From the NCBI GenBank assembly GCA_963834375.1, contig CAWIBM010000005.1:388903-452902 (forward strand): a DNA stretch of 64,000 bases, read 5' to 3'. The stretch comes from an uncultured Acidimicrobiia bacterium (GTDB lineage: Bacteria > Actinomycetota > Acidimicrobiia > Spongiisociales > UBA5794). Below, piece after piece: positions 1-10,363 of the stretch (its first letter is position 1; each line of letters opens with the position of its first letter). The position numbers and the translations under genes are program-made. A model generated the notes under the pieces. That model was given only the letters and a program-made list of their open reading frames with translations. It was not told where the DNA came from and did not search any database.

Positions 1-432
1 CACCTCGGGCGCCTGGGCGGCATGGGGGTGCTCGGCGCCTGCGTAGACCTTGAGCTTGCCGATCATGGCACGGCCAAGCTTGTTCTTGGGCAGCATGCCC
101 CTCACCGCGATCTCGATCACCCGTTCCGGGTAGCGCTCCCGCATCTGGGCGAAGGGCATCTCCCTGAGCCCGCCCGGGTAGCCGGAGTGCCGGTAGTACG
201 TCTTCTGGGTCTCCTTGTTGCCGGTGACCGCGACCTTCTCGGCGTTGATCACCACGACGTAGTCGCCGCCGTCCATGTGGGGGGCGTAGGTCGGCTTGTG
301 CTTGCCGCGGATGAGCGTGGCGATACCGGAGGCGAGCCGCCCCAAGGGCACGTCGGTGGCGTCGACGACGTACCAGCGGTGCTCGAGCTCGGACGCCTTG
401 GGCGAGTACGTCTTCTGCAGCTTGGGCTTCAT
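1..432 (-). CDS. rplM: 50S ribosomal protein L13 (C-terminal end runs off the window)
   Basis: Minus frame from CAT 430-432 reads [49 protein letters not shown]... with no stop down to base 1. It is missing from the ORF track only because no stop lies inside the window. Confidence 0.9.
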   Translation of the reverse strand, partial: MKPKLQKTYSPKASELEHRWYVVDATDVPLGRLASGIATLIRGKHKPTYAPHMDGGDYVVVINAEKVAVTGNKETQKTYYRHSGYPGGLREMPFAQMRERYPERVIEIAVRGMLPKNKLGRAMIGKLKVYAGAEHPHAAQAPEV

Positions 433-597
433 GGCGTGAGGGACCGGTCCTCGGACAAGGGAACGCGCCCGGGGGAACCCGGGAACGCCGCATGATACCG
501 CAGATCGCCGCCCACCCGCCAATACTGCTCCGCCGCTCTGCAGGACGGCCTGGAGGCGGCCCGTCGAGCTTTGAGCGATCGATCCGCCTCGAGCCTG

Positions 598-1380
598 TCA
601 GTCGCTCGGAAGTTGCGTCGGGTTGGCTGGCTTCGTAGTCGACCCGGACCAGCGTGAGGCCGTGGGGCGGGGCCGGGCCCGGGGTCATCGCCCGGTCGCC
701 CGAGGCGAGCACGGCGGCCATCGACTCCGGGGAGGCGCGGTGGCCGGCCTATCCGGACGCAGGATGGCGACGATGGAGCGGACCATCTGGTGGCAGAACG
801 AGGATGCCTCGATGGTGAACACGGCGAGGTCGGCGTGGCCGTGGGACGGCGCACCCAACCGGCCGGCGCGCACGACCCTCACCATGCGTGCTGTCGCCCG
901 CCCGGCGGCAGAAGGCGGCGAAGTCGTGCTCGCCGAGCAGAGGGCGACGACGGCCCGGTCCATGGCCGCCACGTCGAGCGCTTGGGCGACGTGCCACGAC
1001 ACCCTGGCCAGGAACGGGTCCGGTGCCTCGGCATCGAGCACCAGGTACTCGTAGGCGCGGCCCACGGCCGAGAAGCGGGCATGGAACCCGTCCGGCGCCT
1101 CGGCCAGTCGCTTGACGGCGATCTCCGGGCCGAGCCGGCGGTTCGAGCGACCGGTCACGGCGACGGTGTCGATCGGCTCGGCGACGGTGAAGCTCACCAC
1201 CTGGGCGGCGGCGTGGACGCCACGGTCGGTGCGCCCGGCGACGAAGGTCTCGACCGGGCCGGTGAAGGGCTCCAGGGCCGCTCCAACTCGCCCTGGACCG
1301 TCCGCACCGATTGCTGCTTGGCATAGCCGTGGAAGCCGGCGCCGTCGTAGGCGAGGTCGACCGATAGGTGGTCACGGCAT
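598..1380 (-). CDS. truA: tRNA pseudouridine synthase TruA, frame-disrupted in this sequence
   Basis: Family segments LSVDLAYDGAGFHGYAKQQSVRTVQGELE, GRTDRGVHAAAQVVSF, LLGEHDFAAFCR, FTIEASSFCHQMVRSIV and APPHGLTLVRVDY are all present but spread over three minus frames (at least 4 switches). The 3' end is approximate. Confidence 0.75.
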
Positions 1381-1392
1381 TGCGGGCCGGGA

Positions 1393-1924
1393 TCACACCA
1401 GGCCGTAGCCCAGGATGGAGGCGAACAGCGATCCACCCGGCCAGACCCGAGCGCCGACGCCGCCAGCGAACTTCTCCAGGCAGAGGTCGAACACGGCCCG
1501 GACGCCGTGGGCGACGATCACGAGGAACCAGATGGCGGCGACCAGGAAGGCGACAAGGGTTGCTGAACACCCGAGCCGGTGACGAGCAAGAGGAGCAGCG
1601 TCGGGTAGGCGAAGCCGGCGACCCGCAGCACCGTGGCGTACCCACCGTCGCCGTCGAACATGAACCGGGCGGCGGCGTAGGTGATCCCGCTGTAGCCCAG
1701 CCAGAACACGGCGGCATTCAGCATCGACCGGAACAGGACCTCCAAGCCCGAGATGCTGGTGGCGGGCCGAGCAGCCGAGACCCGAACCCGACGAGGATGA
1801 GCAGCCGGGTGACCACCACGAGGATGAGGGCATCACCGGTGGCCCGGTCGTTGAGGTCCATCCACACGAACGCCTCGCGCTTCAGCCCGAACGTCTCCAC
1901 CATCCGTCGCAACGTCTCGGCCAC
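1393..1924 (-). CDS. Yip1-domain-like integral membrane protein, frame-disrupted
   Basis: MAETLRRMVETFGLKREAFVWMDLNDRATGDALILVVVTRLL..., then LFRSMLNAAVFWLGYSGITYAAARFMF and TLVAFLVAAIWFLVIVAHGVRAVF in other frames. GGAGGG lies 6 nt before GTG 1924; stop TGA 1393-1395. Confidence 0.6.
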
Positions 1925-1951
1925 GGCCGTCCCTCCGATCGAGCGGCGAGC

Positions 1952-2436
1952 TTAGGGGTGATCCCCGACCAGCAGCCGGCGGGCGGGTCGGAGCATCGAC
2001 CGCTCCCTGGTCAGCTCGGCGAGCTCGTCGAGCGTCACCCACCGGGCGTCCAACACCTCGGTACCGGCGGCGAGCGCCGGCTCCTCGGCGACGAACCGGA
2101 AGCGGAGGTCGTGGTGGAGGTGCCGGGGACCCGTTGCGGAGGCGGGGATCCGGTGGACGTCGACGTCGAACAGCCCCGGGTCCTCGCCCGCGTCGCCGGG
2201 GGTGGCACGGCCACCCCGGTCTCCTCGAGCACCTCGCGCACCGCGGCGGCGAGCAGGGTGGGGTCGGTCGGCTCGACGTGGCCGCCCGGCTGCAGCCACA
2301 TGTCGAGCCTGCGATGGTGGATGACCAGCATCCGGCTGTTGGTGGGGTCGGTGACGAACCCGCTGGCGGTGAAGTGGCCAGGGTCGAAGTGCATCGAAGA
2401 CAGCACGTCGCCGGGGCTTCGGGCGAGGACGCTCAT
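1952..2436 (-). CDS. NUDIX hydrolase, one frame switch near 2210
   Basis: Nudix box GGHVEPTDPTLLAAAVREVLEETGV in ORF 2035-2436. The C-terminal half (LFDVDVHRIPA...HHDLRFRFVAEEP...ARWVTLDELAEL) continues in the frame of ORF 1952-2578. Confidence 0.8.
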
Positions 2437-2540
2437 CGCATTCCACGCCTGCCGTGCCTCGGAGTCGGGGACGAAGCGGTCGAGGAGCTCGACCAGCTCG
2501 AGCCGCCGGGACCCACCGGCGCCGGCGCCGGTTACGTCGC

Positions 2541-2891
2541 TCAGACCAGCTCGATGACGGCCATCTCGGCGCCGTCACCCCGCCGGGGTCCCAGCTTGAC
2601 CACCCGGGTGTAGCCGCCGGGTCGGTCGGCGTAGCGGGGGGCGATGTCGTCGAACAGCTTGGTGACGACTTCCTGGTCGGTGATGCGGCGCATCACCGTG
2701 CGGCGGGCGTGCAGGTCGCCCCGCCGGGCCTTGGTGATGATCTTCTCGACGTAGGGCCGGAGCAGCTTGGCCTTGGCCTCGGTCGTGGTGAGCCGTTCCT
2801 CGACGATCAGCGAGGTGGCCAGGTTGGCCAGGATCTTGCGCTGGTGGGACGGGCTTCCCCCGAGGCGCGGGCCCTTCTTGGGGGTGGGCAT
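2541..2891 (-). CDS. rplQ: 50S ribosomal protein L17
   Basis: Intact 116-aa [60 protein letters not shown]...; start overlaps the rpoA stop (TGATG). Confidence 0.95.
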   Translation of the reverse strand: MPTPKKGPRLGGSPSHQRKILANLATSLIVEERLTTTEAKAKLLRPYVEKIITKARRGDLHARRTVMRRITDQEVVTKLFDDIAPRYADRPGGYTRVVKLGPRRGDGAEMAVIELV

Positions 2892-3842
2892 CAGACCATC
2901 CCGCCGTCCGTGTCGCTCCCGGCGCGCAGCGACAGCCCCAGCTCGTCGAGCTTGGCCACCACCTCTTCGAGGCTCTTCTGCCCGAAGTTGGTGATGTTGA
3001 GCAGGTCGTCCTCGGTCTTCTCCACCAGCTCGCCCACGCTGTGGATCTGGGCGCGTCGCAGGCAGTTGCGGGGCCGCTCGGTGAGGTCGAGCGCCTCGAT
3101 GGGCAGCTCGAGGTCGGGCGAGCCCATGTCCGGCTGGACCACGTCGCCCAGCGGCAGGCCCTCGTACTCGTCGACGTCGGCGAACAGGCCGAACAGCTCG
3201 CGCAGGGTCTTCCCGGCCGACGACACCGCCTCGCTGGGGGTGACCGACCCGTCGGTCTCGACATCGAGGACCAGCCGGTCGAAGTCGGTCATCATGCCCA
3301 CCTGGGTGCTCTCCACCTTGAAGGCGACCTTGCGCACCGGGGAGAAGATGGCGTCGATGGGGATGATCCCGATCTTGTCGCCGGTCCGGTTGCGGTCGGC
3401 GCTGCGGTAGCCGACACCGCGGTCGGCGGTCAGCTCGACCTCGAGCCGTCCGGACGACGAGAGGCTGGCCAGGTGGAGGTCGCCGTTGACCACCTCCACC
3501 CCGGCGGGGACCTTGAGGTCACCGGCGGAGACGTCGGCCTTGCCCTTGGCGGACAGGTACATGGTCGCCGAGTCGGTCTCCATCCGCAGCACGACCTGCT
3601 TCAGGTTGAGGATGAAGTCGACCACGTCCTCGACCACGCCCTCCATGGTGGAGAACTCGTGCTGGACGCCCTCGATGCGGACCGAGGTGATGGCGGCGCC
3701 GGGAATCCGCGCCAGCAGTGTCCGCCGCAGCGTGTTGCCGAGGGTGTAGCCGAAGCCCGGGCTCGAGCGGCTGGACGATGAAGCGGGAGCGGTCGTCGTT
3801 GACCGGCTCGGATTCGATGGTGGGGCGCTGGACGATGAGCAC
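2891..3842 (-). CDS. rpoA: DNA-directed RNA polymerase alpha subunit, one frame switch near 3756-3761
   Basis: N-terminus [29 protein letters not shown] (ORF 3519-3842) joins [44 protein letters not shown]... (ORF 2891-4006) if one base is removed from CCCGGG. Confidence 0.93.
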
Positions 3843-3891
3843 TGACGCTCCTCAAACTCTCGGGAAGGGTGCGGGACGGTCGGGGGGACGG

Positions 3892-4497
3892 TTACTTGGA
3901 GTAGAGCTCGACGATGAGCTGCTCCTGGATCTCGGTGTCGATCTGGTGGCGGCTGGGGAGCACCGAGACGGTGGCCGACCGGTCTCCCTTGTCGACGACC
4001 AGCCACTCCGGCACCTGCCGGTCGACGGTGTCGACGGCATGCTGGACCGGCAGGATGTCGCGGCTGCGTTGGCGCATCGTCACCACGTCGCCCTGGCCCA
4101 GCCGGTACGAGGGGATGTCGACCTTCCTGCCGTTGACCATGAAGTGCCCGTGGTTGACCAGCTGGCGGGCCTGCGGCCGGGTGTGGGCCAGCCCGGCGCG
4201 GTAGACCACGTTGTCCAGCCTGGTCTCCAGCAGCCGGAGCAGGTTCTCGCCGGTGATGCCGCGCTGGCCGGCCGCCGTCTCGTAGTAGCGGCGGAACTGG
4301 CGCTCGAGCAGCCCGTACATGAACTTCAGCTTCTGCTTCTCGCGGAGCTGGATCTGGTACTGCGACTCGCGGATGCGACCCCGGCCGTGCTGGCCCGGCG
4401 GGTAGGGCCGCCGGTCGAAGTACCTCGCCTTGTTCTCGTCGAGGAGCTGGCGGGCGCGGCGGCTGACCTTGGTGCGGGGGCCGGTGTAGCGGGCCAT
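3892..4497 (-). CDS. rpsD: 30S ribosomal protein S4
   Basis: Intact 201 aa from CAT 4495-4497: [62 protein letters not shown]... Confidence 0.95.
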   Translation of the reverse strand: MARYTGPRTKVSRRARQLLDENKARYFDRRPYPPGQHGRGRIRESQYQIQLREKQKLKFMYGLLERQFRRYYETAAGQRGITGENLLRLLETRLDNVVYRAGLAHTRPQARQLVNHGHFMVNGRKVDIPSYRLGQGDVVTMRQRSRDILPVQHAVDTVDRQVPEWLVVDKGDRSATVSVLPSRHQIDTEIQEQLIVELYSK

Positions 4498-4890
4498 CAG
4501 CGACCCTTCCGCTTCTTGGGCCGGCATCCGTTGTGCGGGTTGGGGGTGACGTCCCTGACGCCGGTCACCTCGATGCCCATGTTCTGCAGGGTGCGGATGG
4601 CGGTGTCCCGACCCGAGCCCGAGCCGCGGACGATGACGTCGAGCTTGCGGATGCCCATCTCGCCGGCGCGGCGGGCGGCCTGCTCGGCGGCAACCTGGGC
4701 GGCGTACGGGGTGGACTTGCGCGAGCCCTTGAACCCGACCGAGCCACCCGAGGTCCACGCCACCACGCCACCGTCCTGGTCGGAGATGCTGATGATGGTG
4801 TTGTTGAACGTGGCCCGGATGTGGGCCTGCCCGTGCGGGATGGTCCGCTTGACGCGGCGCCGTCCCGGGGGTTCGCTGCTGCTTGGCCAC
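4497..4890 (-). CDS. rpsK: 30S ribosomal protein S11, one extra base in the G5 run 4867-4871
   Basis: GTG 4888-4890 gives MAKQQRTPG, then [56 protein letters not shown]... in the next frame. Length is 394 nt, i.e. 3n+1. Confidence 0.92.
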
Positions 4891-4939
4891 GTGTACCTGT
4901 GCCTCTCCGAACTGACTGCTGTGCCGGGGCGGCGGGCGC

Positions 4940-5317
4940 CTACTTGCCGACCTTCTTCTTGCCGGCGACCGGCGACGCCTTGCCCTTGCGGGTGCGGGCG
5001 TTGGTGTGGGTGCGCTGACCCCGCACCGGGAGCCCACGCCGGTGGCGGAGGCCCTGGTAGCTGCCGATCTCGATCTTGCGCTTGATGTTCTGGGCGACGT
5101 CGCGGCGAAGATCACCCTCGACGGTGAGGTTGCAGTCGACGTACTGGCGGATCTTCACCACCTCGGCGTCGGTGAGGTCGCGGACCTTGGTGTCGATGTC
5201 GATCTCCAGGTCGGCGAGGACCTGGCGCGACGTGCTCCGGCCCACCCCGAAGATGTAGGTGAGGCCGATCTCGACCCGCTTGTCCCTGGGGAGGTCGGTT
5301 CCTGCGATGCGAGCCAT
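4940..5317 (-). CDS. rpsM: 30S ribosomal protein S13
   Basis: Intact 125-aa [56 protein letters not shown]... Confidence 0.95.
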   Translation of the reverse strand: MARIAGTDLPRDKRVEIGLTYIFGVGRSTSRQVLADLEIDIDTKVRDLTDAEVVKIRQYVDCNLTVEGDLRRDVAQNIKRKIEIGSYQGLRHRRGLPVRGQRTHTNARTRKGKASPVAGKKKVGK

Positions 5318-5320
5318 CGA

Positions 5321-5434
5321 TTACCCCTGACGCTGCTTGTGACGCGGATTCGGGCAGATCACCCAGACCCGCCCATGGCGGCGGATGATCCGGCACTTCT
5401 CGCACATCTTCTTGGCGGACGCTGAGACCTTCAT
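5321..5434 (-). CDS. rpmJ: 50S ribosomal protein L36
   Basis: My own translation of the minus strand gives [37 protein letters not shown] (37 aa). The gene is too short to appear in the ORF track. Confidence 0.92.
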   Translation of the reverse strand: MKVSASAKKMCEKCRIIRRHGRVWVICPNPRHKQRQG

Positions 5435-5599
5435 CTGCCCCTAGCTCGGCGCCTCGATGTCGTGTCCTGTCGTCGAGCGCGTGCCCACCGCGGCGGTCGG
5501 GACGGCCGTGACCTCGTTGCGGCGTCGACGACCGGCGGTGGTCTGCCAACGGGTCGATGCCACGGAGAAACCCGGCACCCATGGGGAACCGGGCTCACG

Positions 5600-5628
5600 A
5601 TTCTACGCCGGGCCTGGAACCCGGCAAA
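5600..5628 (-). promoter_or_regulatory. Candidate promoter for the rpmJ-rpsM-rpsK-rpsD-rpoA-rplQ block: TTTGCC-17 nt-TAGAAT
   Basis: Minus strand has -35 TTTGCC (5623-5628), a 17-nt spacer and -10 TAGAAT (5600-5605), 166 nt upstream of the rpmJ ATG. A second near-identical GGCGGTAGAATCG box sits at 5665-5670. Confidence 0.4.
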
Positions 5629-5734
5629 TCACCGTGAGCCGGGGTCGGCGACCGCCCGGGATCGATTCTACCGCCGATCGCGGGCCCTCCGGACCGAGTC
5701 GGGCGCCGGCGCCGCCGCTAGCCTCCCGCCCGCA

Positions 5735-6897
5735 ATGGCCACCGCCCGGCGCTCGACGCTCTCCCGCTGCCCGAGATCCTCGCCACCGCCGGTCACGCGA
5801 TGGCCCCTGCCTATCTGCGGCGCCGGCTCGCCAGGGCCGGGGCGCCGTACACTTCGACGGGACCACCACCTTCACCTACGTCGGGGACGCCGACGACGGT
5901 GGGGGTGGTCCACTTCATGGCCCGGTTCCCGTCCTTCCCGCCCATGGAACGGCTCGACGGACACCGACCTGTGGCACGTCACGGTCGAGCTGCCCCGTGG
6001 CGCCAGGGTCGAGTACAAGCTGGAGGTGACCGGCGGGACCGCACCGACCGCATCCTCGACCCGCTCAACCGGCGCACCGCCTCCGACCCGTTCGGGTCGA
6101 ACTCGGTGGCGCATGCCCCCGGCTACGTGCGAGCCGGCCTGGGTGGCGCCCGACGCCGGACGTCGCCACCGGGCACGCTCGAGACGTTCCCCATGGAGGG
6201 CAGCGCCTTCGGCGACGACCGGCTGGTGGGGCTGTACCTGCCGCCCGGCCACCCTGAGGCAGGGCCCTATCCGGTTGTGGTGCTCCACGACGGCAGCGAC
6301 ATGGTCGAGTACGCCTCGCTGGCCATCGTGCTCGACAACCTGATCGGCGCCGGGGCGATGCGCCCCTTCCGTGGTGGCCCTGCTCGACCCGATCCACCGC
6401 AACCGCGAGTACACGGCGTCGGAGGAGCACGCCCGTTTCGTGGTGGACGACGTGCTGTCGCGCCTGGTCGACAGGGTTCGACCGCCTCCGACCAGCCCGG
6501 CGACTGCGTGTATCGGCGGGAGCAGCCTGGGCGCGGTGGCGAGCCTGGCGACGGCGTGGCTCCGCCCGGGGACGTTCGGATCGGCGCTGCTCCTCTCCGG
6601 GTCGTTCGTCACCGCCACCGGCGGCCCGCTCCGGCGGGGGCCGTTGTTCGAGCCGGTGATCGAGTTCATGAAGACATTCTCCGACGATCCGGGATCACCC
6701 GTCGAGCGGGCCTGGATGGCGGTGGGGATCTTCGAGGGCCTGGTCGAGGACAACCGGGCGTTCCGACCCGTGCTCGAAGCCGCCGGGATCGACGTCTCCT
6801 ACGAGGAGGTCGTCGACGGCCACCACTGGCAGAGCTGGCGCAACTCGCTCGGTGAAGCGCTCCGGACCTGCTGCCGCTCCGTGACGCCGCCGACTAG
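5735..6897 (+). CDS. Esterase of the PF00756 'putative esterase' / enterochelin-esterase-like type, with an N-terminal beta-sandwich domain; multiply frame-disrupted
   Basis: VHFDGTTTFTYVGDADD / VVHFMARFPSFPPMERLDG / DLWHVTVELPRGARVEYKLEVTGG / DRILDPLNRRTASDPFGSNSV, then GTLETFPMEGSAFGDDRLVGLYLPPGHPEAGPYPVVVLHDGSDMVEY... and IGGSSLGAVASLATAWLRPGTFGSALLLSGSF...VVDGHHWQSWRNSL, across three plus frames. Both start and stop are approximate. Confidence 0.7.
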
Positions 6898-6947
6898 CGA
6901 CCTCAGCGGGAACCACCAGCGTCGCTGGCGTGAACCGTCAGAGGGTC

Positions 6948-8053
6948 ATGGCTGCGCCGTTCCTGCCGTCCTGCGTGCTCACCATGCTCCTGATCTCGGC
7001 GTCGCTGGCGGCCGGCCCGTCAACGACGTCCGAACAGTGTGGCGACACTCCGCTCACCCCCTGCCACGGTCGCCGCGGACTTCGCCCGGGCGACGACATG
7101 GACACGAGGCGCCGCTCGAGCCGTGCCGCACTGGCCCGTCTCTCGGCAACGACAGCCCACCTCGGCGGTGCGCCTGGTCATGACCTTCCGGCAACTCAGC
7201 CGCTCCGGAGCGACGTGGTACGGCGACTGGAGCCCGACGGCCTTCGCCAACGACTTATCCGTCCTCGGCAGGTCGAGGGCGTGGGCCGGCGGCCGGCGCG
7301 GTTTCCAGGACGCCTGGATCGACAACGAGCGCATTCGGGTGCGCATCACGGTAGCCGTTCACCGGAGATTGGTCGGCGGCCCGGCAGGCGCGAGCTGGCA
7401 GGCTCGAGTATCCCCGACGAGCGGGGCGGTCGCGGTGGAGGTGCCGACGAGCGCCCTCGAACCACCTCACAACGCTCCGAGGAGCAGCGCCCACCGCACT
7501 GGTGGCGACAGTCCGGGGTGCCGTTCGGCGGGTCCGGCATCGCACCCTCCCCGGTGGGTCGTCGGCCGCTCGACTGGCAACGCCGCCGACGAGCGCCATC
7601 GCCTCCGTGACTGCGCGCCCCTGGCCGCCGAGCGGCATCGTCGCCTCAACGAGACCGGGGTGCCCCCCGCCGGAGGGCGCCGCAACCCGAGGCCGGGGAC
7701 GACTGGCGCCTGCTCGCGCGAGGGGTTGTCGTCGGCGAGACCGGTATCTGCACCGGGATCGCCACCACCAGCACGCATCACGTAGTTCCGACCTGTGGGA
7801 ACGGCTCCCGGCCGGGCTGTTCCATCCACCGGTGCCGACCCGTCGACTGGCGTCACCGAGGTACGTGGTTGATGCCGACTTCGCCGGGCCCGGTGCGATA
7901 GCCGGCTCGAGGACATCTGTCCGATGTCGAGCATCGACGACGTCGCAGCACGTGCACCGGATGGAGGACGGCTCGTCGAACCCGGCGTCCCACGCCGTTC
8001 ACGGATGGATACCAGTGCGGCACCGGCGCCTCGGCGAGCTCGACGAGGTCTAG
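6948..8053 (+). CDS. Hypothetical secreted protein (signal-peptide-like N-terminus); frame and even strand uncertain
   Basis: ATG 6948 gives MAAPFLPSCVLTMLLISASLAAGPSTTSEQ. Downstream high-GC3 stretches (WYGDWSPTAFANDLSVLG...FQDAWIDNERIRVRI; ...QHVHRMEDGSSNPASHAVHGW...ELDEV* ending at 8053) lie in other plus frames. I recognise no family. Confidence 0.3.
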
Positions 8054-8279
8054 TGGGCCACCAGGCCTACGTGGTCGCCGTCCCGCCGAGCGGGACCGAT
8101 CTCCCGGCCGGGCCGATTCGTCGTGGCAACTCGTGACACCGAGGATCCGACCGCACGGTGACGGCCACCGCCGAGCAACGCACTGTCGGTCGACGTACGA
8201 GCCTGTCCGTCCGCCGGCGCCGCTCATGCGGCTGAGGCCGTCCCGGCGCGGCTGCCGGCGGGCGGGGTAACTTGGGGAC

Positions 8280-9567
8280 ATGAGCACTCGGCACATCGGG
8301 CTCTCGCTCGGCGCCGATCTCTGCTGGCCCCAGTTCTACGAGGACATCCTCGCCGAGATGGCGCCGGTGGTGGAGATCGACGGCGAGACCGTCGACTTCG
8401 AGGTGGAGCGCATCACCATCGAGCCGTTCGACCTCGACCAGCCGGTGAAGTACGACGTGGTGCTCGACCGGCTGACCCCCTGGTACCACACCAGCCGGGA
8501 GTGGATCAAGAAGGCGGTGGTGAAGGACGACCTGTACGTCCTCAACAACCCGTTCACGCTGCAGGCGATGCAGAAGCACACGTCGTACGCCGCCCTGATG
8601 CGGCTCGGGGCCGAGATCCCGGAGACCTGGCTGCTCCCCCCGAAGGAGTACGGCCGCACCGACCCCCTCGAGGCCGACCTCGACGTCACCCTCGACCGCT
8701 ACGCCCAGATGTTCGACCTGCGCGGGCTGGGCGAGCACATCGGCTACCCGCTGTTCATGAAGCCGTACGACGGCGGCGCCTGGGTCGGGGTGACCAAGAT
8801 CGACGACGGGGACGCCCTCGTCGCCGCCTACGAGGCGTCCGGGTCGCGCATCATGCACCTGCAGAAGGCGGTGCTACCCGTTCGACCTGTTCGTGCGCTG
8901 CCTCGGCGTCGGCCCCCAGGTCAACATCATCAAGTACGACCCGGACGCCCCGCTCCACGACCGCTACAAGGTGGAGTTCAACTTCGTCGACGGGGCCGAG
9001 TGGGAGCACCTGGTCGACCTCACCCTGACCATCAACACCTTCTTCGGGTGGGACTTCAACTCGTGCGAGGCGCTCCGCCAGGACGGCGTCCTTCTACCCG
9101 ATCGACTTCGCCAACGCCAACCCCGACAGCCAGGTGACGTCGCTGCACTACCACCTGCCCTGGCTGGTGAAGGCGCTGCATCCGGTGGTCGCTGTTCTGC
9201 GCCGCCACCAAGCGCAAGATGCGCCACGACCTGGGTTGGGGCGGACTACTTCGCCGTCGCCGAGGCCATCGACGACCCCGTGGAGCGGCTGGAGGCGCTG
9301 GGCAAGCTCGCCAGGGAGCGACTCGACGCCGACCGGTTCGACCGGTTCTGCGCCGACAACCTCGCCGGTCTCGACCGGCCGCGGTCGACTACTTCGGCAC
9401 CGAACGGGTACGGGAGATCATCCGCCGCAAGGTGGCCACGCTGTTCCCCGCCCATGAGGTCGACGAGTTCACCGACCACTTCTACGGCCTGATCCAGTTC
9501 TGGCGGCACACCGAGGATCGACCGGCTCGCCGCTTCGGCGGGCCCGGGCAGGGGTCGACGGCCGTGA
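8280..9567 (+). CDS. ATP-grasp fold ligase of unknown substrate, at least 5 frame switches
   Basis: MSTRHIGLSLGADLCWPQFYEDILAEM...LDRLTPWYHTSREWIKKAVVKDDLYVLNNPFTLQAMQKHTSY...YPLFMKPYDGGAWVGVTKIDDGDALVAAYEASGSRIMHLQKAV, then FDLFVRCLGVGPQVNIIKYDPDAPLHDRYKVEFNF..., YPIDFANANPDSQVTSLHYHLPWLVKAL and DYFAVAEAIDDPVERLEALGKLARERL in shifting frames. Possible GTGA overlap with the next gene. Confidence 0.75.
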
Positions 9568-10287
9568 AGTCGGTCGAGTACTGGTACTCGGACCGGGTGG
9601 AGCAGCACGTCAGCCTCGCCCGGTGGGGCACCTTCGGCACCCCGGTGCTGCTGTTCCCCACCGCCGGCGGCGACGCCGAGGAGGCGGAGCGCTTCCACGC
9701 CGTCTCCTCCGTCGCCGGGCTGCTGGAGGCGGGCCGGATCAAGGTCTACTCGGTCGACTCGATCTCGGGACGGTCGTGGATGATGGGTGACGATCCCCGC
9801 CACGCCATGTGGCTGCAGAACCAGTTCGACCGGTTCGTGGCCGAGGAGGTGGTCCCGGCCATCCGCCTCGACTGCGCCGACCCCGGGCATCGAGGTGTCT
9901 CGGCGGGGGCGTCGGTGGGCGCGTTCTGGGCGATCGAGGTGCTCACCCGCCACCCCGACCTCTTCCGGGCCGCGCTGTGCATGAGCGGCACCTACGACCT
10001 CTCCGACCGGCTCCACGGCCACTGGAACGACGACTTCTACTTCTCCTCCCCGCTCCACTTCCTCCCCGACATCGGCGGCTGGCAGCTCGACATGCTCCGC
10101 CACCGCTTCGCCCTGTTCGCCACCGGCAGCGGCGACTGGGAGTACCCGGAGCGCACCTGGCAGATGGCCAACGTCCTCGGAGCCAAGGGGATCCCCAACC
10201 GGGTCGACCAGTGGGACGAGACCTGGCCGCACGACTGGCCCACCTGGCGGGAGATGCTGCCCACGTTACCTCGACGAGCTCGCCTGA
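9564..10287 (+). CDS. Esterase family protein (PF00756-like alpha/beta hydrolase); one extra T at 10266-10267
   Basis: KSVEYWYSDRVEQHVSLARWGTFGTPVLLFPTAGGDAEEAERFHAVSSVAGLLEAGRIKVYSVDSISGRSWM...GASVGAFWAIEVLTRHPDLFRAALCMSGTYDL...WPHDWPTWREMLPT, then YLDELA* after removing one T. Confidence 0.8.
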
Positions 10288-10363
10288 GGCCGCGCTGTTC
10301 CGAACCGTCACCGGCCATGGCGCGGTGTATGACGGGTGACCATGAGCCGGAGGAGGAAGTGCG

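Noticed and set aside
5435-5734. A possible infA remnant between rpmJ and the islet
   Set aside because: None of the three minus-strand translations resembles IF-1, which would contain segments like ...MFRVELENGH...ISGKMR...RGRIVYRYK. The region instead holds promoter-like boxes.
8067-8858. A 263-aa minus-strand ORF
   Set aside because: It is antisense to the N-terminal, clearly coding part of the ATP-grasp gene. Its composition is repetitive and rich in Val, Glu, Leu, Gly and His.
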